In this document: positions 1-10,039 of the stretch, in pieces
Numbering within the stretch: position 1 is the stretch's first letter
Layout: every line of letters begins with the position of its first letter
Source: an uncultured cyanobacterium
GTDB taxonomy: Bacteria; Cyanobacteriota; Cyanobacteriia; Cyanobacteriales; Nostocaceae
Assembly (NCBI GenBank): GCA_963740315.1
Contig: CAVUDP010000002.1
Span: forward strand, 64,001 to 128,000
DNA length: 64,000 bases
Direction of reading: 5' to 3'
Notes under the pieces: generated by a model
Database searches by the model: none
Told to the model about the DNA's origin: nothing
The model's input: only the letters and a program-made list of their open reading frames with translations
Position numbers and translations under genes: made by a program

Positions 1-105
1 ATTAAGGGAGTGAGGAGAGGGAAGAGGAAGTTTGTAGTAAGGGCTTTAGCCCTAAATCCGGAGGCGCTGAAGCGCTTACTACGAACCTTATTAATTACTA
101 ATTGC

Positions 106-3081
106 TCATTGACAATTGATTTTTATCCGTCCAACTTGTCGATCGTAATTTGCTAAATGCTGTTGCAAATCTTTCCAGGTAATCCCTTCTAAACTAGGCA
201 ATACTATGTGGGCTTTACCTACTCGCTCGTTGGGACCTAATCCTACTACTTTCATGTCAGCAGCAAGCCCCGCTTCTATTCCTGCTGCTGCGTCTTCTAC
301 GACAATGCAGTTTTGAGGTGATACCCCTAACTTTTCGGCGGCGAATAAAAACAAATCTGGTGCTGGTTTGGATTTAGCTACACTGTAACCGTCGGCGATC
401 GCTACAAATTTGTCGGCGATTCCCAAGCGTTCGATTACGGTGCGAGCGTTTTTACTCGAAGAACCCAATGCTATCTTAATCCCAGCTGCTTGCAATTGTT
501 CTAATAATGCAGCTGCTCCGGGAAGCAAGTCGTTGGGTGTAATACTTTGCATCAGTTCGATGTAGTAATTATTTTTACGCTCCATCATGTCCTGAATCTG
601 TGCTTCTGTTGCCGGACGACCTTGCAAAATAGCCATTAAGGATTCTCTACGCGGTATACCTCGTAAGCCTTCGTTAGCTTCTCTATTAAAGGGAATTCCT
701 TCTTCATCTGCCAGCTTTTTCCAAGCTAAGTAATGAAATTCAGAAGTATCGGTAATTACTCCGTCTAAGTCGAAAATAATTCCTTCGATGGAAGTTGAAG
801 ATTGAGAAGTGGAAGGTTGGGAGGAAGTAGAAATTGGAGTGGAAGAAACGGGAACGATCTCAACTTTCTTATCCTCGTCTCCTTGGTTCGCATTTAGATC
901 GACTTGATACCAGCGATCGCGCCATTTTAAGCGGAATTTTAAACGTTTCCAATGGGAGGGAAGATTGGGATTAACGGTAATTCCATTTTCTGTAACTCTA
1001 ATTCCCGCAAATCCAAACACTACTGCTTGCCATACCCCACCAGCACTTGCTGCGTGAATTCCCTGAGTTGCATTACCGCGAACGTTGTCTAAATCTACCA
1101 AGGCTGCACGCATGAAATGAGTATAAGCAACGCTAGGGTTATTGAGGTCGCAAGCAATGATAGCGTTGATTGCCGGACCCAAAGATGAACCGTAAACGTG
1201 GTCGGTACGGGGTGTATAATAATCCCAGTTTGCAGCAATGGTTTTTAGATCGAAGCGATCGCGCATCATGTAAAACAGCATCAATACATCTGGCTGTTTG
1301 AGAATCTGTCTGGCTTGGGTTTCTTCAACTCCCAAAATACCCTGCATTGATTTATTGCGCGGTTCGTAATCGTCAAAGTTGACGTATTCTAAATCGTAGA
1401 AGCCGTCAAACTGTTCGATTAAACCCGTTTCCGAATCTTGATTTAAGTAGATATTTTTAGCAATAAAAGCAAAATTTTCCAACTTTTGCGGAGTTATATT
1501 TAGCTTCACTGCCAACTGTGTCGCTTTTTCGGGATAATTGTTTGTTAACCATTCCCACAATTCCCCTACAGTATTTAAATGCCAGCGTACCATGACATTA
1601 GTAAAGGCATTGTTATCAACCTGCTCGTGATTTTCATCGGGTCCGATAACGTTAAGAATATCGTAACTTAAACGCTGTTCGTTCCACGTAACTCTACTTT
1701 CCCAGAAAGCAGCAGTATCCAAAATCATTTCTGCGCCATAGTCGCACATCCATTGATTATCGCCGGTATGCTGCCAATAGTTCCAGCTAGCATAGGCAAT
1801 ATCTGCATTGATATGAATTTCTAAATCCCCGCACCAAATACGGACTAATTTACCGTTGGGATCGGGAACCCATTGGGGAGTTACTTCGTCTCCGGTGGTG
1901 GCGCTTTCCCAAGCAAACATTGCTCCTTTGTAACCCAGATTCTCGGCTTTGCGTCTGGCTCCGGGTAAAGTATGGTAGCGGTAGTTGAGCAGGTTACGCG
2001 CTAATATTGGTTGGGTAAAACTGAGTAAGGGAAGGATAAAAATTTCCGTATCCCAAAAGATATGTCCGCGATATTCAAAACCGGATAGAGTTTTGGGAGG
2101 AATACTAACTTTATCGTCGTGACGTGGTGTTGCAGCCAGGATTTGGAAGATATTGTAACGCACGCTCAATTGGGCTTTTTCGTCACCTTCAATAATCACA
2201 TCGCTATCAAGCCATACTCTTTCCCATGCTGCAATATGAGTTGCGAGTAAAGTGCTGTAGCTGGGTGCTTCTACTAAATCGATTAAAGCAATTTCTGCGG
2301 GAGTCGATGTTTCACGCGAAGTGTAAACCGCCACCATCTTTTCTACGCTTACCGTTTCTCCCGGCTGTATTTGAAAATGTTTCGTCAGAGATGGCTTGCA
2401 TTCAAATTCACGGGCAAAATTATCGGCTTCATTTTCTATAACCAACTTTGCAGCCATACCCAATTCAATTCCTGAGTGCAAAGTTTTACTATGCAGCCAA
2501 ATTATTTTATCCGTACCGCCTTCTTTAATAGTCTGCCAATGTTCGATTCCCAAAGTATGGGGTTTAGCTTCAAAAGCGGCGGTAACTTCAACTTCACCTG
2601 CATAATCTAAAGAAGTAATTTCGCACCGAATCGCTAAAAAGTGTTGGCTCGCTAAAGAAACAAAACGCTCAAAATGTAATTCTAAAGTATATCCCGACGG
2701 CGACTTCCAACGGATATCGCGGCTTAAAATACCCAAACGCATATCAAGAGTACGCTTGTATTCGAGTATCTCGCCTTTATCCATACCAAAAGTTTCGCCA
2801 GCTATCTTAATTGTCAAAGGTAGCCAGTTGGGACAATTTACGATTTCCGTTGCAGCGATCGCTACATCATCATATACACCATTAATAATTGTTCCCGAAT
2901 GCTCGTGGCTGTATCCTTCCTCAAAACTACCCCGTACTCCTAGATAACCATTACCAAGAGTAAAAACTGTTTCTTTATGATGTAATTCACCCGAATTAAA
3001 ACTTGTTTCTATAATTTCCCAGCCATTGGAATCATTAATTTGCTGAGATTGTTGAGAATTGTTAACTGATAAGCTTAACAT
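106..3081 (-). CDS. GH65 glycoside phosphorylase (kojibiose/trehalose/maltose phosphorylase family) fused to C-terminal beta-phosphoglucomutase (HAD)
   Basis: GH65 motifs ETVFTLGNGYLGVRG, YRGHIFWDTE, VIGPDE, KQPDV, HVYGSSL. C-terminal HAD motifs IFDLDGVITDT, KPAPDLF, VVEDA after an S/T-rich linker. Confidence 0.92.
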   Translation of the reverse strand: MLSLSVNNSQQSQQINDSNGWEIIETSFNSGELHHKETVFTLGNGYLGVRGSFEEGYSHEHSGTIINGVYDDVAIAATEIVNCPNWLPLTIKIAGETFGMDKGEILEYKRTLDMRLGILSRDIRWKSPSGYTLELHFERFVSLASQHFLAIRCEITSLDYAGEVEVTAAFEAKPHTLGIEHWQTIKEGGTDKIIWLHSKTLHSGIELGMAAKLVIENEADNFAREFECKPSLTKHFQIQPGETVSVEKMVAVYTSRETSTPAEIALIDLVEAPSYSTLLATHIAAWERVWLDSDVIIEGDEKAQLSVRYNIFQILAATPRHDDKVSIPPKTLSGFEYRGHIFWDTEIFILPLLSFTQPILARNLLNYRYHTLPGARRKAENLGYKGAMFAWESATTGDEVTPQWVPDPNGKLVRIWCGDLEIHINADIAYASWNYWQHTGDNQWMCDYGAEMILDTAAFWESRVTWNEQRLSYDILNVIGPDENHEQVDNNAFTNVMVRWHLNTVGELWEWLTNNYPEKATQLAVKLNITPQKLENFAFIAKNIYLNQDSETGLIEQFDGFYDLEYVNFDDYEPRNKSMQGILGVEETQARQILKQPDVLMLFYMMRDRFDLKTIAANWDYYTPRTDHVYGSSLGPAINAIIACDLNNPSVAYTHFMRAALVDLDNVRGNATQGIHAASAGGVWQAVVFGFAGIRVTENGITVNPNLPSHWKRLKFRLKWRDRWYQVDLNANQGDEDKKVEIVPVSSTPISTSSQPSTSQSSTSIEGIIFDLDGVITDTSEFHYLAWKKLADEEGIPFNREANEGLRGIPRRESLMAILQGRPATEAQIQDMMERKNNYYIELMQSITPNDLLPGAAALLEQLQAAGIKIALGSSSKNARTVIERLGIADKFVAIADGYSVAKSKPAPDLFLFAAEKLGVSPQNCIVVEDAAAGIEAGLAADMKVVGLGPNERVGKAHIVLPSLEGITWKDLQQHLANYDRQVGRIKINCQ

Positions 3082-3522
3082 TATTTAATTAACCTCGGTT
3101 GCCTTGTACTGTGTTGGGATCGGATTGGATTTACGAAAAATATTTGTGGCGATTCTGTTTACTCGCGCCATTTGACTTGAATGCAGCAAAAATGCTTAGA
3201 AGCGGCATTCATAAAAATCTTTAATTGGATATTCCCCTATAGATAGATTTGCTTAAGAAATTGTCCTTAAACCGGGAAAGCCGTAAAAAGATACTAATTG
3301 ACACATTTGCTTACTAAACGTACAAAACTACACATTTAGGACACAATCTGTCATATTTTCCAGTATCCCGAATGAGTAACCGGAATCTTTCGTATATGGC
3401 ACAGAATGTTTTAACACCATATTTTCGAGTTCAAATTACCAACTTTATGCTTCAATTTTTGACTTCTTTGCACAAAAGACTTAATTTGCTGACAAAGGTT
3501 TCGCTATTTTTACTTATTAATC

Positions 3523-4359
3523 GTGAACAAACTATTTGAAGAAGTAATCATCCAGAAAATAGGTATCGTAGGCATTGCTATTAACTTGAATTTAACCAGT
3601 ATAGGCTATCCGATAAAAGCGATACCTGCAAGGTGCGGCTTTCAACCAATTATAAAAGCTACTGGGGTAACAGTTTACTATAATAATCGCCAAGCGAGTA
3701 AAAAAGAATATATAACTGTAATTCAAGCTACAAAAGCGAAAATAGAAAATTTAACTGGTACTGTATTTAGTATTCCTGCGAGCAAAGTAAGTAAAAAAAC
3801 GCTCGCTGACTTTTGGCAAGAAGCTGTTAATAGTAATACATCATCCTTGAAAGCAAGAATTGTAATTAACGGGACATTTTTTTCTACCAAACAAGAACCG
3901 ACAGGAATCGCCTTTGGTTTAAAAGCGAGTGGTAAAATCATTACCTACGGTTACGGCATCGCCAACGAATATCCTGGAGAAATCCGCACGTTTTCGTTCA
4001 ATCCTCAAGCTGGTTTTGCCCAGATTCAACCTTATACTACACAATCATTTCGACGTTTTCCGGAAGTAATTGGCGCACTCGACGCAAACGCGAATAAAGC
4101 CGCAACAAAATATTTACCCAGAACCTTTGTAGGAGTGCGAGACGATAACGGCGATAATTTAAATGAAACGGTGATTTTCTATTCAAGTAATTATGCACGT
4201 CAGGTAGATGCTGGGAATGCATTAAAGTGCTTTGGTGCGAATAAGAGTGCAATGTTAGATGGTGGTGGAAGTACCGGAATTATAGTAGATGGGAAACCAT
4301 TGATAGATACAGGGAGAAAGATTCCTCATGCGATCGCGATTTTTGAGGGATTTATGTAG
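3523..4359 (+). CDS. phosphodiester glycosidase family (DUF2233/NAGPA-like) protein
   Basis: INGTFF, PRTFVG and AMLDGGGST motifs. Start codon uncertain. Confidence 0.75.
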   Translation: MNKLFEEVIIQKIGIVGIAINLNLTSIGYPIKAIPARCGFQPIIKATGVTVYYNNRQASKKEYITVIQATKAKIENLTGTVFSIPASKVSKKTLADFWQEAVNSNTSSLKARIVINGTFFSTKQEPTGIAFGLKASGKIITYGYGIANEYPGEIRTFSFNPQAGFAQIQPYTTQSFRRFPEVIGALDANANKAATKYLPRTFVGVRDDNGDNLNETVIFYSSNYARQVDAGNALKCFGANKSAMLDGGGSTGIIVDGKPLIDTGRKIPHAIAIFEGFM

Positions 4360-4381
4360 AGACGTAGCACTGCTACGTCTC
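4356..4381 (+). repeat. REP-like palindrome GTAGAGACGTAGCACTGCTACGTCTC (dispersed family; further copies near 9642, 9741, 23293, 31856, 38346-38708, 43596, 44982)
   Basis: GTAG followed by a GC-rich palindrome, seen repeatedly in intergenic DNA. Confidence 0.85.
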
Positions 4382-4537
4382 CCGGAATTTTAGGTTGTAT
4401 AGAACATCTTGCGCCGATCGAATTATCAATTAAGTCCACACCGCCAGGGAATCAATTAAGAGTCTAATAGCGAAAGTTTTCTTAAGAGGACAGCGATGAT
4501 CTGCAATAATGTATTATTTAGAAGCAATGCCGAATTT

Positions 4538-4837
4538 TTAATCCTTATTTTCGTCATCTAATCTTTGATTCGCATTCGTAACTTTGAAAGTTAGTCTAAC
4601 TATTCCGTTAATAATTCCTTGTGCTGCTTCAACTTTTTCAACTGGTACCTTCCCAGAATATATTAATAGAATGCTGGCGAAACTAGCTATTGCACTTACC
4701 TTAAGTAAATTCAATCTAAAATCAAATATTGCACGCGCTTGACGAAGATTTTCTTGATTTTGTTTTGCTAGTTTACTTTGATTTTTCATCTCAGTTACCT
4801 GTAAAATTAACCTTACAATTCGATTAAATTCCGGCAA
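4538..4837 (-). CDS. small membrane protein resembling the cyanobacterial TRADD-N-associated 2TM domain
   Basis: LRQAR...F.....SA..SF...LL.SGKV...NANQRLD pattern recalled for this family. Start uncertain (ATG at 4789 is an alternative). Confidence 0.55.
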   Translation of the reverse strand: MPEFNRIVRLILQVTEMKNQSKLAKQNQENLRQARAIFDFRLNLLKVSAIASFASILLIYSGKVPVEKVEAAQGIINGIVRLTFKVTNANQRLDDENKD

Positions 4838-4943
4838 TGGTTGAGATATCGGATGAGCAGTAGTTGAGTTACGGACAACTTTTAGCTGATATTTAGGTGA
4901 ATTATTCGCGCTGGTAGTCTATTTCATTAATTTTTATAGGTTT

Positions 4944-4997
4944 GTAGTAAGGGCTTTAGCCCCTCCGGATTTGGGGCTTAAGCCCTTACTACGAACC
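4944..4997. repeat. REPIN-like inverted doublet GTAGTAAGGGCTTTAGCCC ... GGGCTTAAGCCCTTACTACGAAC (relatives near 35-86, 12338-12378, 32544-32572, 51797-51845)
   Basis: Inverted pair of GTAG-headed palindromes recurring in the window. Confidence 0.8.
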
Positions 4998-5089
4998 TTT
5001 TTACCCAGCAAAATCAATGTGGTGGAATACTAGTATCAAAAATCGGTAGAATTTAAACAGTTTTCCGTTTTAATATTTAGTTTGAATTA

Positions 5090-6175
5090 ATGGCGCGATC
5101 GCAAAAAGTAGCCCCTGAGTATCTGCAACAAGTAAATTCTGCGTTGAAGCGTAATGGCTATCCCAGCAAGTCAAAATTTGCCGAACACGTAACGCCGTCA
5201 TTATCTACAGTGAAAAGCTTTTTCGCTGCCAAGCGGATTGATTTTGAGAATTTTGTCGAAATTTGCGAGAAACTAGGTTTAGACTGGCAAGAAATATCGG
5301 ATAAAGAGAGATTAGCAACGGATACCAACCCACCCATCGAGGAAACCTCACCCTTCATTACAGGTTCCCCTATCAACCATCCAAGCAGATTTTTTGGACG
5401 ACAAAAGGAACTCAAACGCTTATTTGGGATGCTCAAACGTCATCCTTTGCAAAACGCTGCAATTATTGGGAAAAGACGCATCGGTAAAACATCTCTGCTG
5501 CATTATCTGAAAAATATTACCGTTACACCCAAAGAAGAATTACGACAGCAACAAAAATCCGATTGGCTACCACATCCAGAAATTTACAAGTGGATATTTG
5601 TAGACTTTCAAGATTCACGCATGGCTAGTAGAGAAAATTTTTTAAATCATATTTTAGAAAATTTGAACTTGAAAATACCCACACCATGCGATTTAGATCA
5701 TTTTATGGATGTAGTTAGCGACAACTTAAAAAATCCTACCGTTATATTGCTCGATGAAATTGGTGTAGGTTTGCAACGCTGTGAAGAATTAGATGATGAA
5801 TTTTGGGAAAGTTTGCGTTCTTTAGCAACGAATCATACCGGGGGAAACCTCGCATTTATCTTAGCTACTCACGAGTCACCAACTGAATTAGCCCAAAGTA
5901 CCGGACATAGTTCGCCGTTTTTTAATATCTTTGGTTATACAGCGTATCTGGGAAATTTTACGGAAACAGAAGCACGAGAATTGATAGCGAATTCGGCGAT
6001 CGCTTTTCCTGAAGAAGATGTGGAATGGATTTTGCACGAAAGTCATTGCGTACCGTTATTGTTGCAAATTCTGTGTAGCGAAAGATTGTTTAGTTTAGAA
6101 GAAGGGGAAGGTGGTGAAGAATGGAAAGAAGAGGGGTTGTTGCAGATGAAGCCGTTTATTCATTTGTTGGAATAG
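5090..6175 (+). CDS. STAND-like P-loop ATPase with N-terminal HTH-like domain
   Basis: SPFITGSPI..FFGRQKEL, Walker A GKRRIGKTS, Walker B VILLDEIG, SPFFNIF. The N-terminal ~70 aa look like an HTH. Confidence 0.8.
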   Translation: MARSQKVAPEYLQQVNSALKRNGYPSKSKFAEHVTPSLSTVKSFFAAKRIDFENFVEICEKLGLDWQEISDKERLATDTNPPIEETSPFITGSPINHPSRFFGRQKELKRLFGMLKRHPLQNAAIIGKRRIGKTSLLHYLKNITVTPKEELRQQQKSDWLPHPEIYKWIFVDFQDSRMASRENFLNHILENLNLKIPTPCDLDHFMDVVSDNLKNPTVILLDEIGVGLQRCEELDDEFWESLRSLATNHTGGNLAFILATHESPTELAQSTGHSSPFFNIFGYTAYLGNFTETEARELIANSAIAFPEEDVEWILHESHCVPLLLQILCSERLFSLEEGEGGEEWKEEGLLQMKPFIHLLE

Positions 6176-6180
6176 TCATT

Positions 6181-6485
6181 TGTCATTGCGAGGAACGAAG
6201 CAATCGCAAAGTTAGGAGATTGCTTCACTCCGCTGTCGCTGCGTTCGCAATGACTGCTCTCGTTGTCATTGCGAGGAACGAAGCAATCACAGAGTCTGTG
6301 AAAACCAAAGTTAGGAGATTGCTTCACTCCGCTGTCGCTGCGTTCGCAATGACTGCTCTCGTTGTCATTGCGAGGAACGAAGCAATCACAGAGTCTGTGA
6401 AAACCAAAGTTAGGAGATTGCTTCACTCCGCTGTCGCTGCGTTCGCAATGACTAAATTGTCATTGCCAGTGAAACGAAGCAATCG
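6181..6485. repeat. tandem array of palindromic element TGTCATTGCGAGGAACGAAGCAATC...GATTGCTTC...TCGCAATGAC (3 full copies plus 1 partial)
   Basis: Units start at 6181, 6264 and 6363 (periods 83 and 99 bp), with a partial unit near 6458. Each unit has inverted ends. Confidence 0.9.
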
Positions 6486-6542
6486 CTGTAAACGTGTTAT
6501 TTTCTTCATAACTCTCTGCAAAATAGCAATCATGTCACCACC

Positions 6543-8894
6543 ATGACAACCCAACCCGACTACTCCAAAATCTACACCCACGCACCCGAACAACATCCCA
6601 ATCTAATACTGGGTAGTCTGCAATTGCTATTTTGGCTGTTCTTTCGTCCTACAGCTTTCCGCAATCATCTCAAACGAATTCATCCCGTATTTGAAAACAA
6701 CACCTCACTTATTACAGTTTTGCGAGAAGAATATGAAATCTTAGAGAACCAAGCAGTGCGGAAATTTATCCTACAGGGTTTTGTTATATTACCTGTTTTA
6801 GTAATAGTAATAGCGAATTTATCTTTAGTGGCATTAGGTATGCCATTACAAGAATTAATATCTTTATTCCTTATAAAGATGGTAGGAGAGGTGGAGGTCA
6901 GCATGGTGATCTGTATGGCTCTCGGCGTAGTAATCGGCGTGGCGATAAACGTAGAGGTTAGCATGGCAGTCAGTATTGCGCTTGGTATGGCAGTCAGTAT
7001 TGCATTCGGCGTAGCGCTTGCAGCACTCGGCATAAAGTTCAGCATGATACTCGGCATGGCGGTCAGCATGGCAATCGGCATGGCGGTCAGCCTAGCAAAA
7101 GATTTAGAACTCGGCGTTACAATCATAGCGCTCGGCATATGGCTTAGCGTGTGGGAGGGGGGCAACGGGTTTGGCGTGGCAGCAACCATACATTCCTGGC
7201 GACCGATTATTTTTCATCCATTGTTAATTACTTGGAACTTTTTGCTATACCGTTTCGAGCAAGGAAGAACTAGTAAAAAAACTAGTTTATTAGGCTTTCA
7301 TCCAGCTTTTTGGGATGAGTGGTTATACATACCGTTTCAGGGACTAGATAAGCATTTATTGCTAGTCATTGAACGAAACCCTGATGAAGGGAAAGCTGCA
7401 ATTAATTATCTATCAAAAACTCACCAACGCTGGGTAGTGCCAAAGGCGAAACAAGCTCTAGAAATTGAACTCAATGCCCAAATGTTAGAAGCTTGCCAAA
7501 GTGCAGATGATATTACTGAAATTGCATCAAAGCTTCAAGTTTCATCAGAAAGCCCTGTTGACAATATCTTAAATAACTTCAAAAGCATCAGCGAAGATAC
7601 AAAAGCAGCACTAAAACAAACTAGCAATTACAATCAAAGATTAGTACTTAAACCCATTTGCGAAAAACTTGAAGCACAAATTCAAGGACTTAACCGCAGC
7701 GATAATAAATATGCTCCTCGCTTCCAACCTATAGCTATAAAATGGCGCGATATAATCAGCAACCATATAGAAGAACTCGCCAAAGAAACCGAACTCCGCC
7801 AAGAAATAGATTCCCCCTACATCATAGGCGTACCTCTAACGCTTCAACAGCAAATATTCACCGGACGAGATGACATCGGAACCCGCATCGAACAACTACT
7901 TTTAGATCGTTGTCGCCCACCTCTGCTACTCTACGGGCAGCGTCGCATGGGTAAAACTTCTCTACTTAATAATCTGAAAAAGCTATTACCTAATTCGATT
8001 ATTCCCATGTTTGTAGACTTACAAGGCGCACCTTCATCAGCAAAAGATTCTACGGGTTTTCTCTTCAATCTTGCCAAACAGATGATAAATTCAGCTAAAC
8101 GTCAAAGTGCTTTAACTCTTCCACCCCTCAGCCGCGAAACTTTAGAAAATGACCCTTTTACTAATTTTGATGAATGGTTAGACAAGGTAGAAGAAACGTT
8201 AGAGCAAAACACTGCTTTACTAATGCTCGATGAATTTGAAGTCTTAGATAGCGCCATCAATAAAGGACGTTTTGATGAGGAAGATGTTTTAGGAATGCTG
8301 CGTAATTTAATCCAACATCGTCCCAAATTCAAGGTGTTAATTGCAGGTTCCCATACCATCGAAGAATATCAGCGTTGGGCTAGCTATCTTATTAACGTAC
8401 AAGTAGTACATATCAGTTATTTACTCGATCGCGAAGCCCGTCAATTAATAGAAAATCCCATAGAAGATTTTACTTTACGCTACGAAGCGGATGCTGTAGA
8501 ACGAATATTACAACTAACACGCTGTCATCCTTTCTTAGTGCAACTTTTATGTAGCGAACTTATAGCGCTTAAAAACGAACAAGATCCCTCAGTACGGCGA
8601 TTGGCGACTTTAACTGATGTGAAAGCAGCAATTCCAGAAGCTTTAAGTGTAGGTAGTTTCTTTTTTGCGGATATTCAAAATAACCAAGTTGATGCAACGG
8701 GATTAGAAATTCTTCGGTTTATTGCAGCGAAGGGAGAGAAAGCAGTAGTTAGTAAAGAAACTATAGCGCTAGAGTTTCAAGATAAAGATTACTCTAATGC
8801 TATGACGTTATTGTTGCAACGAGAATTGATTGAGGAAATAGAAGATGGTTATTGTTTTCAAGTTGAATTGATTCGGCAGTGGTTTGAGAAATAA
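6543..8894 (+). CDS. membrane-anchored STAND-like AAA ATPase (N-terminal multi-TM region, helical linker, C-terminal ATPase)
   Basis: Hydrophobic G/A/V/M-rich N-terminal third. SPYIIGVPL..FTGR, Walker A GQRRMGKTS, Walker B LLMLDEFE, CHPFLVQLLC. Confidence 0.8.
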   Translation: MTTQPDYSKIYTHAPEQHPNLILGSLQLLFWLFFRPTAFRNHLKRIHPVFENNTSLITVLREEYEILENQAVRKFILQGFVILPVLVIVIANLSLVALGMPLQELISLFLIKMVGEVEVSMVICMALGVVIGVAINVEVSMAVSIALGMAVSIAFGVALAALGIKFSMILGMAVSMAIGMAVSLAKDLELGVTIIALGIWLSVWEGGNGFGVAATIHSWRPIIFHPLLITWNFLLYRFEQGRTSKKTSLLGFHPAFWDEWLYIPFQGLDKHLLLVIERNPDEGKAAINYLSKTHQRWVVPKAKQALEIELNAQMLEACQSADDITEIASKLQVSSESPVDNILNNFKSISEDTKAALKQTSNYNQRLVLKPICEKLEAQIQGLNRSDNKYAPRFQPIAIKWRDIISNHIEELAKETELRQEIDSPYIIGVPLTLQQQIFTGRDDIGTRIEQLLLDRCRPPLLLYGQRRMGKTSLLNNLKKLLPNSIIPMFVDLQGAPSSAKDSTGFLFNLAKQMINSAKRQSALTLPPLSRETLENDPFTNFDEWLDKVEETLEQNTALLMLDEFEVLDSAINKGRFDEEDVLGMLRNLIQHRPKFKVLIAGSHTIEEYQRWASYLINVQVVHISYLLDREARQLIENPIEDFTLRYEADAVERILQLTRCHPFLVQLLCSELIALKNEQDPSVRRLATLTDVKAAIPEALSVGSFFFADIQNNQVDATGLEILRFIAAKGEKAVVSKETIALEFQDKDYSNAMTLLLQRELIEEIEDGYCFQVELIRQWFEK

Positions 8895-8915
8895 TTTTGA
8901 AATAACACAATTTCA

Positions 8916-8993
8916 GGTTGATGGTGCGTGACGCTGCAAACCTTATTGCTACGTTCAAATTAACTGAATGCGTCACACACCCTACAAGAAAAA
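8916..8993. repeat. REPIN-like element GGTGCGTGACGC...GCGTCACACACCCTAC (near-copy at 9936-10014; relatives at 23543-23610, 40817-40878, 40972-41030)
   Basis: Inverted arms around a variable core, dispersed in the window. Confidence 0.8.
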
Positions 8994-9176
8994 TGTGTCA
9001 GTTGTGGGCATTCCTAGATTTATTTAAATTCATATAAATAACGTGCTAATTTATCGTTATACAATTTCTATAGAAAAATACGCTTAATTTAACCCCTGCC
9101 ACGGTGGGTTTCGCTTGTGTAGCCGTGGTTTCAACCGCCAGATAAAATCTAATATTACAACCCCCTATTTCTTTTA

Positions 9177-9557
9177 ATGAAAATATTATCGATCGTCTGT
9201 ACAACCGGATTTACACTAAGCGCGATCGCCATGTTATCCGCTTGTGGAAGTCGCACCACGATGGAAGCCTGCAATTTTGTTGAAATCGAAGATGCCGAAG
9301 TTGAAGTTGATTTCGGTGATGTTGATATCGAGCGCGGTGAAGTGGAAATGGTTTGCGGCGATAAAATTGTTGATGTGACTTGGGGACAATTTCGCAGAAG
9401 ACTTCGCATAGATCCCGGTAAATATAAAAATAATTTAGCAGCTTTTAAACGACAGGTAAGTTGTGTCAGAGATGAACGTTCCAGCAGAAAGGAAGTATTA
9501 TGTCAAGCTCCTGGATCTAATAATTTTGTCGCTTTGAATTTTAGTTATGACGATTGA
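9177..9557 (+). CDS. hypothetical lipoprotein
   Basis: Signal peptide with lipobox LSAC. 126-aa ORF. Confidence 0.7.
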   Translation: MKILSIVCTTGFTLSAIAMLSACGSRTTMEACNFVEIEDAEVEVDFGDVDIERGEVEMVCGDKIVDVTWGQFRRRLRIDPGKYKNNLAAFKRQVSCVRDERSSRKEVLCQAPGSNNFVALNFSYDD

Positions 9558-10039
9558 TCGAAAAATAATAAATATTTTGGCGTTGCTGAATTAAGCTATG
9601 AATTATATTTGGTTACAATTTGTCGTAAACCAGAAACTATTGTAGAGACGTAGCAGTGCTACGTCTCCAACAATGTGAAATCACAACTTCACCCAACTGC
9701 CGAACGCAACGCCAATATTTTGTTTTAACCTTAATCCCTGGGAGACGTTGCAGTGCAACGTCTCTACATTGGTTTTCGTATTATTAATTAAATTGATTTG
9801 TATTCAAACAAAAAACATGATACTATAAAAAATATAATGGGAATAGGTGCGCCCATATATGGTCTGTTTTCTAAATAATCAACTGCTAAAAATCAATCAA
9901 ATCAATATTTCAGGACTTATGTTCTTGTCACAAATGGTTGATGGTGCGTGACGCTACGAATCTTATTGCTACGTTCAAATTTACGATGATGCGTCACACA
10001 CCCTACAAGAAAAACGTGCCTCTTTGCTAAGTCCTATAT

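Noticed and set aside
6121..6546. 141-aa and 88-aa ORFs, or a CRISPR array
   Set aside because: These are translations of a 99-bp palindromic tandem repeat with no unique spacers.
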